From the NCBI GenBank assembly GCA_041666325.1, contig JBAYHC010000001.1, positions 201,708 through 265,707 on the forward strand: 64,000 nucleotides of DNA, given 5' to 3'. The notes beneath the pieces were generated by a model. That model saw only the letters and a list, made by a program, of their open reading frames with translations. It did no database searches and was not told the origin of the DNA. A program made the translations under genes and the position numbers. The number at the start of each line of letters is the position of its first letter. The stretch's first letter is position 1. The stretch comes from Patescibacteria group bacterium (GTDB lineage: Bacteria; Patescibacteriota; UBA1384; XYA2-FULL-43-10; 1-14-0-10-43-13). Positions 20,416 through 29,942 of this stretch are shown here, piece after piece.

Positions 20416-20817
20416 CTCCGATCTCCTTCCCGAACTTCTCACGGTCTCGCCAAGGGGGCGGACCGATGCCTACCGATCAAGTTACTATCGGCCTGCAATA
20501 AGCACGAAGATCGCACTTACGAACAAGCCGATCGTAGTAATTGTCAAAGATCACGAAACCAACCCTCACCAAAAAACCGTATTAGTATATCATACTTTTT
20601 CACTTTTGTCAACATTTGTCACCGTGAACCCAGAAATTGGAGGCTAAAACTTAGCTAATTCCGTCATCCTGAACGAGTGGTAACGAAGTGAAGGATCTAG
20701 CGAAGCGAAATGAAAAAGGCTCAATACACACGGCTGCGCCTAGACTTTTCGCCTCCGGCTCAGAATGACTTAATAAATTGGATCAAATTTCTGAGTTCAG
20801 GGTTGTCAATGTGAAAA

Positions 20818-21005
20818 CCCGTGAATCAAAAAACTGATTGTCTCTGGAGTTGATTTGTTTCTATGTCATCCCAGACTTCCGCCCAGACCTCGGCTCGGTC
20901 TGATCGAGGCGGGTGATCTGGGATCCAGTCTCAAATTGCTTCTGGATCCTCGGGTCAAGCCCGAGGATGACAGCCTGGAAAAGAAAAAGTTTTTAGATTC
21001 ACGGG
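20818..21005. repeat. MITE-like element of about 188 bp, bounded by 18-bp imperfect terminal inverted repeats (cccgtgaatcaaaaaact / agtttttagattcacggg), with an inner TGTCATCC...GGATGACA palindromic module
   Basis: The terminal inverted repeats match 17 of 18 positions as reverse complements. The inner element (20864-20972) is related to the one in the thrS leader. Confidence 0.4.
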
Positions 21006-21059
21006 CAAACCAAAAAATAGCCTGCTTTGAAGCGGCAATAAAATCATGATTAGACCAAT

Positions 21060-21470
21060 CTATTTTTCTTGCAAGACACTCTTAGCAAGAGATCTGTACT
21101 GTTCACGCATTGGCGCGTCTCTCAGCGCGTCTGCATCAAGCCAGGCATACTCGCTGTGCTCATCGCTTAGCCGAACATTACTCAGGTCTGCCTCACACCG
21201 GAAAACCAAGACGATAAATTGATAGTTTGTCGAGTCGACCGTGGCCGCAAAATCCCAAGCATCGATAATGTTTCCCATCACAACGTTATCGACACCCAAT
21301 TCCTCTTGGAATTCTCGCTTCAAGGTTTCTTCGGGGTGCTCTCCAAAGTCAATCCGGCCGCCAGGCAGCTCCCAATTACCCCGTTGATCGCGAACCATGA
21401 AAATGCGACCGTCCTTTTTGACCAGCGCCTTGACTGTAACTCGTTGAATATTGTGATTATTGCTTGTCAT
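21060..21470 (-). CDS. NUDIX hydrolase
   Basis: Nudix box GGRIDFGEHPEETLKREFQEELGV. Confidence 0.8.
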   Translation of the reverse strand: MTSNNHNIQRVTVKALVKKDGRIFMVRDQRGNWELPGGRIDFGEHPEETLKREFQEELGVDNVVMGNIIDAWDFAATVDSTNYQFIVLVFRCEADLSNVRLSDEHSEYAWLDADALRDAPMREQYRSLAKSVLQEK

Positions 21471-22026
21471 ATTTCATGACTTCATCATTAAGCACTTCCA
21501 AATTCACGCCACATTGGGCGAAAACCCGGCGCGATTCTTGTGCATTGTGGTAACGATTTTGGCAAACAACCCGTTTAATGCCAGCATTAACCATCATCTT
21601 GGCACAAACCGGACACGGCTCGAGTTTCATATAGATCGTACCACCATCGATAGAAACACCCTTCTTGGCGGCTTGAGCAATAGCGTTTTGTTCGGCATGG
21701 ACTGTCCGAACACAGTGCTCAGAAACAGAACCGTCCGGATTCAATCGTTTTTGATATTGGTGGCCGGCATCATCACAATGGTCATCGCCAGCAGCAGAAC
21801 CAACATAACCCGTTACCAATATTTGCCTGTCTTTAACAATCACGCAGCCAGTCCGACCGCGATCGCACGTGCCGCGCTGCGAAACAGCATTGACCACTTC
21901 CATAAAATACTCATCCCAAGTAGGACGAACATGTTTGTGTGTCGGTATGTCACTATCTTCTAGCTTGGCTTTTCTCTGCGGCATATGTGCCCTCCAAGTG
22001 AATAATGAGTTATGAATCTTGGACAA
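21457..22026 (-). CDS. comEB: dCMP deaminase (ComEB-like cytidine/deoxycytidylate deaminase)
   Basis: Zinc-binding HAEQNAI and PCPVCAKMM motifs; TWDEYFM N-terminal block. Confidence 0.8.
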   Translation of the reverse strand: MSKIHNSLFTWRAHMPQRKAKLEDSDIPTHKHVRPTWDEYFMEVVNAVSQRGTCDRGRTGCVIVKDRQILVTGYVGSAAGDDHCDDAGHQYQKRLNPDGSVSEHCVRTVHAEQNAIAQAAKKGVSIDGGTIYMKLEPCPVCAKMMVNAGIKRVVCQNRYHNAQESRRVFAQCGVNLEVLNDEVMKYDKQ

Positions 22027-22041
22027 CGGTAATGCTTCGCC

Positions 22042-22584
22042 CTAATTCTTGATTTCAGCAATTAACTTGTCCACTTTTGCGTATAGCTCTTCAATTGTTC
22101 CATCATTAATCAACTCAATGTCAGCTAACTCATAACATCTATTCATGTTCATTGCCCCTTCTTTGCCATCGGCCTGCTTAGCCTCAATCTCCCTCAGCTC
22201 TTCCATGTTTTTGATATCGCCCTCTCGACCACGTTTAATGATTCGGTCGAGTCGCATCTCGATTGGAGCATCGAGTTTAACTAAAACAAAATCGGACCTC
22301 TGACGCAGCACCTCAATCTCGCCCACCTGGCGAATTGAGGTAATAACGGCATCGCTATCACCAATTTCCTCCAAAGCTTTCTGAGTCAAATAGCCATGAC
22401 CCTTTTCGTTGCGCAAATTATTGCCATAACGGGTCATGTTGGGAATATCAATCTCTTCTCCCTCAGACCGCATAATACCTCGCAAAACGTCCGACAGTGA
22501 CACAGCCCTAAATCCCTTGCCGCGCAAGTAATCCAAAACGGTGTCCTTACCCGAAGCAATCGAACCAACGATACCAATTATCAT
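22042..22584 (-). CDS. P-loop nucleotide/nucleoside kinase family protein (dephospho-CoA-kinase / dNMP-kinase-like)
   Basis: P-loop GIVGSIASGKDT; small size of 180 aa; located inside a dTMP-synthesis gene cluster. Confidence 0.45.
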   Translation of the reverse strand: MIIGIVGSIASGKDTVLDYLRGKGFRAVSLSDVLRGIMRSEGEEIDIPNMTRYGNNLRNEKGHGYLTQKALEEIGDSDAVITSIRQVGEIEVLRQRSDFVLVKLDAPIEMRLDRIIKRGREGDIKNMEELREIEAKQADGKEGAMNMNRCYELADIELINDGTIEELYAKVDKLIAEIKN

Positions 22585-22637
22585 AAAACTCCTGTTTACA
22601 AAATCCTAGAACACCAGACGCTAAATTCTTTACAAGA

Positions 22638-23504
22638 TTAAACTTTTCTATATTCCGTGTCTATGCCGGTGGTACCATCAGACATTTTAATCTCCCTGTA
22701 ATCATCAAACAGGTGCGGCGCAATTTCCTTGAGCGCACGATAAACCATAACAGCCAACTTTCTTATTTCAATCTCTGCGTGTTCGCTACCTCGCATCTCG
22801 ATGAAGTGGCGCCAGGCTCTAATATTGGCACTCACAACAATTGGTGCCTCAGCCGCATTCAGCAGCAATGTTCTGGCACACTGCTGGACTTTTTTGCGCA
22901 GATCAGTCTTTCGCTCAGCCGACAGTACTCCGGCGCCATTTGATTGACGGTCCATCAGTTTCTTGGCCAGATCTTCATACGCCCTCGCAGATGCATCAAT
23001 TGATTCCTCAAAAAGAGCATGAAGATCAGCGTCGTCGATAAACTCTGGCCGCTCAACAAAACGCAAAACCGAACCGGAAACATAGCGCTGGCTTACCTGA
23101 GAGTAAGCAAACCCAGAGCGATGACGAACAAGTTCATGGGTGAGGGTGCGGGAAATCCCATAAAACAGGAATGAAACATCGGCATGCTCTAGCACAGAAC
23201 CATGCCCCGACAACTTGATGTTTGTGAAATATTTGCCAGCATCGGCATTGGTTGATCTCTTTGGGCCATAACTAACATAGCAGATTTGGCCCGCTGCCTT
23301 AACTAGCTGCTCGATGTCCGGAATTTTGGTTGGATCGTCGAGATATTTGTCAAATTCAAGATCTTTGTCGAATCCTTGCAAGAACTTGCGCATACCAGAC
23401 AGGTTTGTCTCTGTCTTTGCAATCATTACTACCCCTGGCTCCTTCAGGTATGGTGTGCCGTTTTTTGTTTTATAGACCTTTGTGTGATATGCCGGATAGT
23501 TCAT
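22638..23504 (-). CDS. thyX: Flavin-dependent thymidylate synthase
   Basis: ThyX motif RHRSGFAYSQVSQRY (RHRxxxxxxxS). Confidence 0.9.
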   Translation of the reverse strand: MNYPAYHTKVYKTKNGTPYLKEPGVVMIAKTETNLSGMRKFLQGFDKDLEFDKYLDDPTKIPDIEQLVKAAGQICYVSYGPKRSTNADAGKYFTNIKLSGHGSVLEHADVSFLFYGISRTLTHELVRHRSGFAYSQVSQRYVSGSVLRFVERPEFIDDADLHALFEESIDASARAYEDLAKKLMDRQSNGAGVLSAERKTDLRKKVQQCARTLLLNAAEAPIVVSANIRAWRHFIEMRGSEHAEIEIRKLAVMVYRALKEIAPHLFDDYREIKMSDGTTGIDTEYRKV

Positions 23505-23535
23505 CCTACTCCATTCTTACCCCTAGTTCATAATA

Positions 23536-24780
23536 TTATTCGATGCCTGGCACAGGAAAGGCCTGGGTCATTTCCTGAATTTCTTCCCTTACCTCAGTTA
23601 AGTTTTCCTCATCACTGATGTTTTGTGCTACCTTATTAAACAGTTCGGCAATTCGCTGCATCTCCTTGACCCCCATACCACGAGTAGTTAGGGCAGCTGT
23701 GCCAACCCGAACCCCTGATGTAATTGTGGGCGGCTGCGGATCGCCCGGAACTCCATTTTTGTTGACACTAATACCGGCATTCTCGAGTGCATCCTGATAC
23801 TCCCTACCGGTAATACCCATGCTGCGCAAATCAATCAATATCAGATGGTTGTCAGTACCATCGGTTACAAGGCTGAAATCAAGAGCTTTTAGGGTGTCCG
23901 CGAAGCACTTCATGTTCTCGACAACGTTCTCAATGTACCCTTTGAAAGCAGGCTGTAAAGCCTCCCCAAAGGCCACGGCTTTGGCAGCGATGATATGTTC
24001 AAATGGCCCGCCTTGCAGCATTGGGAAAACCGCCTTGTCAATCTTTTTGGCCAGCTCCGGATCATTAGTCATGATGATACCGGACCGTGGGCCGCGCAAA
24101 GTTTTGTGAGTGGTTGAGGTCACGATATCAGCAATGCCGACAGGAGAAGGATGAACACCTGCAGCAATCAAGCCCGCAATGTGAGCTATATCAGCAAAAA
24201 GATAGGCGCCGACCTCATCGGCGATAATTCTAAACTTCTTGTAATCAAGAGCCCTTGGATACGCAGAGTACCCGGCCATGATTACCTGCGGCTTGACCGC
24301 CTTCGCCATCCTCATTATTTCCTCATAGTCAAGATAACCTGTTTCAGGGTCAACGCCATAGCTATGTGATTCATACCACCTGCCAGAGAAGGAAACCTTG
24401 GCACCATGAGTTAAGTGCCCCCCAGCGTCCATAGCCTGACCAAGAATACGGTCACCCAAATTCAATACGGCAGCATAGGCAGCCATATTAGCTGACGATC
24501 CAGAGTGCGGTTGTACATTGGCATATTTGCAACCAAAAAGCTTCTTCAACCGCTCGATTGCCAGTGTCTCCATTTCGTCGATATATTTACAGCCACCATA
24601 GTAGCGCTTGCCGGGATAACCTTCGGCGTATTTGTTGGTCAGTATTGAACCGGTTGCTTCAAGAACTGCCTCGGACACATAGTTCTCGGACGCAATCATC
24701 TCTAGTCCATCTTTTTGGCGCTGTTTTTCCTTCTCGATGATACCAAAGACCTCTTTGTCTTGTATTTGTAGTTGCTCCAT
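23536..24780 (-). CDS. glyA: Serine hydroxymethyltransferase
   Basis: TNKYAEGYPGKRYYGGC and the PLP-lysine region TTHKTLRGPRSG; the start is set at MEQLQIQDKEVF. Confidence 0.9.
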   Translation of the reverse strand: MEQLQIQDKEVFGIIEKEKQRQKDGLEMIASENYVSEAVLEATGSILTNKYAEGYPGKRYYGGCKYIDEMETLAIERLKKLFGCKYANVQPHSGSSANMAAYAAVLNLGDRILGQAMDAGGHLTHGAKVSFSGRWYESHSYGVDPETGYLDYEEIMRMAKAVKPQVIMAGYSAYPRALDYKKFRIIADEVGAYLFADIAHIAGLIAAGVHPSPVGIADIVTSTTHKTLRGPRSGIIMTNDPELAKKIDKAVFPMLQGGPFEHIIAAKAVAFGEALQPAFKGYIENVVENMKCFADTLKALDFSLVTDGTDNHLILIDLRSMGITGREYQDALENAGISVNKNGVPGDPQPPTITSGVRVGTAALTTRGMGVKEMQRIAELFNKVAQNISDEENLTEVREEIQEMTQAFPVPGIE

Positions 24781-24787
24781 GTGTCTC

Positions 24788-25456
24788 CTATTTGCTAACC
24801 GCAATCGCAGCGGATTGTTTCTTTCGTAATCTCAAACTACCCTTAGATTCAAGAACTTTTTGCAAGTAAGCCCAGATATCCATCTCAATTTGCTCTATTT
24901 TTCTCTCACCGTCAATTAAAACGATTGGATCTTTGCGACGTCGATGCAGCCAAGCGTAAGTATCCCAGGCGATACCAAGCTTCTTCTCTTCTTCAAAAAG
25001 TTCGAATTCGTTCCTGCTTCTTGCGATGCGATTGATGCACTCAGATGGTTTCACCTTGATTAGGAATACGATATCAGGACTGATAAACTGGCCATTTATC
25101 TCTGCCAGCCATTTTCTTTCACAACCCACTGAGCCGAGCGCGATCGAAGAATAATAATACCTATCAGAAATAATAATATTGCCCTTTTCAAGGCTGGGAA
25201 CAATCTCCCGCTGCAGATGATGGGCTCTGTCGGCAGCAAAAAGGAGCTGGAGACACTCCGGTGAAGCCTTCCAGTCCTGAGTAAGAGCGCCCCTTATCAA
25301 GCCGCCAATTAAGTTATTGGTTGGCTCCTTGGTATCAAAAGCAAAATAGCCCAATTTATTTAATTTTTTAGTTAGCAAATCTACTTGGGTTGAAGATCCG
25401 GAGCCATCCAGGCCCTCGAAGGCAATAAAGAGTCCGGGAAATCCATGTTTGTTCAT
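24788..25456 (-). CDS. tmk: Thymidylate kinase
   Basis: P-loop IAFEGLDGSGSSTQ, a DRY-like DRYYYSS motif and a lid region. Confidence 0.85.
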   Translation of the reverse strand: MNKHGFPGLFIAFEGLDGSGSSTQVDLLTKKLNKLGYFAFDTKEPTNNLIGGLIRGALTQDWKASPECLQLLFAADRAHHLQREIVPSLEKGNIIISDRYYYSSIALGSVGCERKWLAEINGQFISPDIVFLIKVKPSECINRIARSRNEFELFEEEKKLGIAWDTYAWLHRRRKDPIVLIDGERKIEQIEMDIWAYLQKVLESKGSLRLRKKQSAAIAVSK

Positions 25457-25878
25457 TTCACCCCCGTCGAACCAAAGCCGCCCTGTCCGCGCAGACTTTC
25501 CGATAATTCACCAACCTCAACGATCTGTGCTGACACAATTGGCTGAATAAGAAGTTGAGCAATTTTATCGCCTCGCTCAAAAGTATGCGGCACTGTCGAT
25601 GAATTATGCATTATGATCCGATACTCGCCTCGATAGGTGTGTTCGATAACTCCGCCCATCGTAGTTATGCCGTATCTGAGCGGAATACTGCTTTTGTCCC
25701 AAACAAGAGAAACATATCCCTCGGGCAGCTCAATAGCAATACCTGTCGGCACAGGCACAATCTTGCCGGGCTCGACAATTGTTTCCTCAACCGCATACAA
25801 ATCCATGCCGGCATCTCCTGGCAGAGCATATTTAGGCAGAATCGCGTCGGGGTGCAGCTTTTTAACTTTAATCTCCAT
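25453..25878 (-). CDS. dut: dUTP diphosphatase
   Basis: GDAGMDLYA, the GVIEHTYRGE region and a C-terminal RGQGGFGSTG motif. Confidence 0.9.
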   Translation of the reverse strand: MEIKVKKLHPDAILPKYALPGDAGMDLYAVEETIVEPGKIVPVPTGIAIELPEGYVSLVWDKSSIPLRYGITTMGGVIEHTYRGEYRIIMHNSSTVPHTFERGDKIAQLLIQPIVSAQIVEVGELSESLRGQGGFGSTGVK

Positions 25879-26101
25879 GAGTCCTCCGATTAATTTTCCG
25901 ACGAAAAAAGCGCCTGTGCGCTTTTGTTTTGGAGTTTTGTTTTGTTTTTGCCCCCAAGTTGCCTGCAGTATTAATTATACTTAGCGAAAAATCAAAAACC
26001 AATAACGGTTTTCCACAACTATACATATTACTATCACCAGACTTAATCTTTTTAATTTTGCCATTAAACAGACTGGTGTTAAAATGAGATAGAATTAACT
26101 A

Positions 26102-26731
26102 TTGAATATTGGAAGAGAAATGAAATCAAAAACCATCCTACTGTCCTTAGCAGTTGTGATACTAATAGCGCCATCGCAAGCGACGGCTGCCAGCAAATCC
26201 GCTTCAACAACCGGCTCACAAGCTAGTAGCGGAGTGACAGCAAAGAAGACATTCAGCGACAAGTGTGCTAATGTGCAAACCAAACTGAAGACAAAAGCTC
26301 AGAATCATGGACTCAGCAAAGAAAAGCACCTTTCTGTCTACAACAATCTTCAGAACAGATTGACCAAATTCGCTGCAAGAGCCAAGAGTGCAGGATATGA
26401 TACAAGCAAGCTCGAATCAGATTTGGTCGAGCTCAAAGCCAGGGTTAACACCTTCAAGCTAAGCACAGAAGAGTATGATAAATCTGTGGCTCAGCTAAAA
26501 ACCAATATTTGTGGTCGCCCAGAGGACACCTTTCGTAATGATTTGAGTCAAACCAAAGAGCTATTAAAAAACGTCCATGCTAATGCTGCGCTTATCAGGA
26601 AGTTTGTCCAGGAAACTATAAAAGTTGATTTACAAGCACTCAAGAAGAGGGAAAGCACCGACAATCAAACCACTACTTCTGGCGCCGCTGCCGGAACATC
26701 AGGCTCGGAAGATGACTCTGACAATAACTAG
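26102..26731 (+). CDS. Secreted hypothetical protein (signal peptide, coiled-coil)
   Basis: N-terminal signal peptide MKSKTILLSLAVVILIAPSQATAAS; no recognisable family. Confidence 0.45.
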   Translation: MNIGREMKSKTILLSLAVVILIAPSQATAASKSASTTGSQASSGVTAKKTFSDKCANVQTKLKTKAQNHGLSKEKHLSVYNNLQNRLTKFAARAKSAGYDTSKLESDLVELKARVNTFKLSTEEYDKSVAQLKTNICGRPEDTFRNDLSQTKELLKNVHANAALIRKFVQETIKVDLQALKKRESTDNQTTTSGAAAGTSGSEDDSDNN

Positions 26732-26758
26732 CCCACGGCACAAAATCAAAGGAATACT

Positions 26759-27286
26759 ATGAATGAACAAATACCACAATCTAACCCGCAGTTCGATGGA
26801 CCAACAAACCCACAGCCAAACCAACAATCACCAGACCCGACAATCCAGCAGGCACCAACAGAGACAATTACTCCTCCGCAGACTGGCCCCTTGTCCGCTT
26901 CCAGCCGTGCTTCAGGAGCGAATTTAGGTAGCCGTATCCAGATTCCTGTAAACTTTGCCAAGAGCTCATCAAGCAAAAGGCCTATCCTGGTTATCGTTCT
27001 GCTCATTGTTTTGCTCGGCGGTGGATATTATGCTTACACAAATGTAGTCAATAAACCGCAAACATCTACCGATACATCAGCAACGCAAGCCCAAGGTGAA
27101 TCAGCCGAATCTGATGACATAACCACGACCGATGCGGCCGGAAAAACTGAAACCAAAAGTACTACATCAAATTCGGTTTCTATCAGCCCGGATAGTGAAA
27201 TCAAAAGCATAGATTCTGCTCTTACTACAATTGATGATGACGACCTAGCAGACAGCTCTCTGTCTGATTCTGAACTAGGTCTCTAG
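26759..27286 (+). CDS. Membrane-anchored hypothetical protein (Pro/Gln/Thr-rich N-terminus, single TM helix)
   Basis: TM segment ILVIVLLIVLLGGGYYAY; low-complexity flanking sequence. Confidence 0.4.
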   Translation: MNEQIPQSNPQFDGPTNPQPNQQSPDPTIQQAPTETITPPQTGPLSASSRASGANLGSRIQIPVNFAKSSSSKRPILVIVLLIVLLGGGYYAYTNVVNKPQTSTDTSATQAQGESAESDDITTTDAAGKTETKSTTSNSVSISPDSEIKSIDSALTTIDDDDLADSSLSDSELGL

Positions 27287-27409
27287 CACGCAGCCCATGC
27301 CGTTGAAAAATAATTGTTTTTTTGCTATAGTTTTTCATGTTGCCAGGTTCAATCTTGGGTAATTGCTTTCGGCCCTTGGCGGAAGTTAGGCAATAAGTAA
27401 TTTCCTAAT

Positions 27410-27486
27410 GCGCCCATAGCTCAGTTGGTTAGAGCGTTACATTGACATTGTAGAGGTCAGAGGTTCGAGTCCTCTTGGGCGCACCA
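27410..27486 (+). tRNA. tRNA-Val (anticodon GAC), CCA encoded
   Basis: Cloverleaf folded by hand: acceptor gcgccca/tgggcgc, D-arm gctc/gagc, anticodon loop ttGACat, T-arm aggttcgagtcct. Confidence 0.85.
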
Positions 27487-27556
27487 TAAAATTACGACAC
27501 TCTAAATATTGCACTACATCGACATTGTCGTGGCCTACACTCTAGGCACCAAAAAT

Positions 27557-27590
27557 ACCCAACCGAAAAAGGTTGGGTATTTTTGTATTT
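27557..27590 (+). terminator. Intrinsic terminator (acccaacc-gaaaaa-ggttgggt followed by a T-run)
   Basis: Hairpin plus U-tract located between the two tRNA genes. Confidence 0.7.
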
Positions 27591-27653
27591 ACAGCCTTTA
27601 TTGATTGAATAATTTAAGGTATTGTTTGTTCAGTGATAGAGAGCGAACATCTT

Positions 27654-27729
27654 GGCCGCTTAGCTCAGTTGGTAGAGCGCTGCATTCACATTGCAGATGT
27701 CACTGGTTCAAGTCCAGTAGCGGCCACCA
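27654..27729 (+). tRNA. tRNA-Val (anticodon CAC), CCA encoded
   Basis: Acceptor ggccgct/agcggcc, anticodon stem ctgca/tgcag, loop ttCACat, T-loop ggttcaagtcc. Confidence 0.85.
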
Positions 27730-27772
27730 TAATACATCCAACCACAACAACCGGACAACCGGTTTTTGCGTC

Positions 27773-28351
27773 TTATCTCGTTAAATCCATTACCGAGGGT
27801 GTAATATACACCTCTATGGCAGCAGAGAGCAGCAATAGCGGCAAGACTATCTTGGCATACTTTGACAAAGATATCTTATACGCGTCGCCAAAAGACTCGC
27901 GGTAAAAAAGCCTGCGAAATGACTTCCCTCCGAGCCAGAGACCATAGCTGGCCGATATAATCAGAGCAATCGATTCAGTAAAACCATGGGGCAACAGTCC
28001 CGACAGGGCAAAGCCAAGATCACGATTCGAGGCAACTATGGCTATCACGAGTCCGATCAGTTTACCGTTTGTGACCAGGAAATATATTGGCAATATTCCA
28101 AAAACAAAACCGAGCGATATTGCAAGCAGTGCCTTGATTGCATTGTTAAGAAATATAAACAAAAAGAGAGTCAAAGGCGGCAATTCGCGCAAAAATCCAA
28201 AGTCGGCAAAGTTTCGAATAACCGTTTCCCTTGCCTGCTCCAAGCCGTTTATCCCAACAATATAGCCAACGATTACCGAAACAAGAAACAGGATAATTGA
28301 TAGGAAATAATATCTTTTATTGATTTTACCCATGCCACTCCCCTGTGCCAA
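27773..28351 (-). CDS. SpoIIM-like / DUF95 family membrane protein
   Basis: Four to five TM helices and SpoIIM-like conserved blocks (IVGYIVG, NNAIKALLAISLGFVFGILPIYFLVTNG). Confidence 0.55.
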   Translation of the reverse strand: MAQGSGMGKINKRYYFLSIILFLVSVIVGYIVGINGLEQARETVIRNFADFGFLRELPPLTLFLFIFLNNAIKALLAISLGFVFGILPIYFLVTNGKLIGLVIAIVASNRDLGFALSGLLPHGFTESIALIISASYGLWLGGKSFRRLFYRESFGDAYKISLSKYAKIVLPLLLLSAAIEVYITPSVMDLTR

Positions 28352-28439
28352 AAGATTCTAAGCCCACAACAGTAACAAAGCAAATCAAAAAGGAAAAGTA
28401 GTGGAGCGAAGCCACTCATTTTTCTAAATATAGTACTAT

Positions 28440-28916
28440 TTAATTAAAATATCGACTTATAGTGCTGCCAACAATGTGCGAAGCAACAACGACAATACCC
28501 AATACCGTTAGATGCTCGAGTACCACTCCAACAGGAGACATCTTTTGCCTTTTGGCAAGACAATAGCTGAAGAAGGCCAAAACTAGCGCTCCCCAAACAA
28601 CACTGGCAATAACCGCCTGATACAGGGGCAGAAGTACCACAGGAATAACAAATGAAAGTGCAAAAATAATCTTCCCAACAAGAGTCGACAGCGTAGAAAG
28701 CCATATCTCTGCGGGGGTATGTTGATTTTCTGACTCCTCAGAGATATGAATACCAAGAGCATCAGACAGGGCATCAGCAACAGCGATTGTGAGTATGCCG
28801 CCGATAACTGCCAGCCTTGACTCTGTCCCTGAGCTCAGCCCGATCAGTAAGCCAAGAGTGGTCACCACACCAGATGTCAAACCGAAACTTAGGCCTGTCT
28901 TGATTGAGTGATTCAT
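28440..28916 (-). CDS. VIT1/CCC1-family (DUF125) membrane protein
   Basis: GLxFGLTSGVVTTLGLLIGL and AVADALSDALG blocks typical of the VIT family. Confidence 0.5.
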   Translation of the reverse strand: MNHSIKTGLSFGLTSGVVTTLGLLIGLSSGTESRLAVIGGILTIAVADALSDALGIHISEESENQHTPAEIWLSTLSTLVGKIIFALSFVIPVVLLPLYQAVIASVVWGALVLAFFSYCLAKRQKMSPVGVVLEHLTVLGIVVVASHIVGSTISRYFN

Positions 28917-29029
28917 ATCCCGCTCTCCTTAGATATTTAATGCTACCATATTGCCATATCAGAACTCATGTGTCTAGACAAAGAAAACCCCTCATTTGAG
29001 GGGTTTTCTTAATTTGATCTTATGCTGGT

Positions 29030-29770
29030 TTACTTCTTGGCTGAAATCTTTAATTTCTGTGTTTTCTGCGGGTGAGCCTTGGGAACGGTAATTGCAAGAA
29101 CTCCGTTTTCCATTTTAGCGTCAGCCTTCTCGGCCACCACGTCAGTCGGCAAGGAGAAACTCCTGGAAAACTTTCCGCTAAAGCTTTCTTTGTAGGTAAA
29201 GCCTTCTTCCTTTTCCTCTTTTTCCTCTTTTTTCTCGCCCGAGATAGTTACAACGCCATCAGAAGAAACCTCGATATCGATCTCCTCCTCCGAGATGCCT
29301 GGCAATTCGGCTCGAATAACAATATCTTCTTTGCGCTCCCTAACATCGATCTTAGGCACGGCCGATACTGCCATTTTGGGCGTAATAAAGCTATCCTCAA
29401 GCAAGCGATCAACTGCGTCGCGGAGAGAAACTGTTTCTCGTATTGGACGCCACATATCAATATCCCCTGGCATATTTTTCTCCTTTCCGGAAGCCAAAGA
29501 TTGGCTCCCTACTATTTTAATATTAACCGATTTTTCATCCGAATTGTTTTGCAACTCGTCTTGCAGATTGAAAAGCTCCTCAAAGGCAAGGTCAAAAAAA
29601 CGGCAAATCGAAACAGCAATTGGCAAAGAAGGCAAAAAACGACCCTGCTCTAAGGCAATTACAGATTGGCGCGAGATCCCTAGCGCATCAGCAAGCTCTT
29701 CTTGACTAAGGGCATGCTCACGCCTAATCTCTTTTAGTTTGTTTTCTAATGAAAAATTATCTTCATCCAT
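29030..29770 (-). CDS. Fusion protein: N-terminal XRE-family HTH domain plus C-terminal Hsp20/alpha-crystallin domain
   Basis: HTH block LKEIRREHALSQEELADALGISRQSVIALEQG; small heat-shock-protein core DIVIRAELPGISEEEIDIEVSSDGVVTISGEK...ENGVLAITVPK. Confidence 0.7.
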   Translation of the reverse strand: MDEDNFSLENKLKEIRREHALSQEELADALGISRQSVIALEQGRFLPSLPIAVSICRFFDLAFEELFNLQDELQNNSDEKSVNIKIVGSQSLASGKEKNMPGDIDMWRPIRETVSLRDAVDRLLEDSFITPKMAVSAVPKIDVRERKEDIVIRAELPGISEEEIDIEVSSDGVVTISGEKKEEKEEKEEGFTYKESFSGKFSRSFSLPTDVVAEKADAKMENGVLAITVPKAHPQKTQKLKISAKK

Positions 29771-29942
29771 AACTATAATGTAAAGTAAACTTTACATTTT
29801 GTCAACCCCCAGGCCTTGCTCTGTTCAAACCCGAATGCGGCCAAAGGATCAAGATCAGAAGTTTCTTGGCCAAAAAACACTGTTGAGATTAAACAAAAAA
29901 AACAGCGCCAAACGCTGTGCTGTCTCCGGCTCTGAACAACCT

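Noticed and set aside
18920-21010. Possible CRISPR array formed by the palindromic repeats
   Set aside because: The repeats are not evenly spaced, are not identical, are themselves internally palindromic and have no cas genes nearby. A MITE-like interpretation is preferred.
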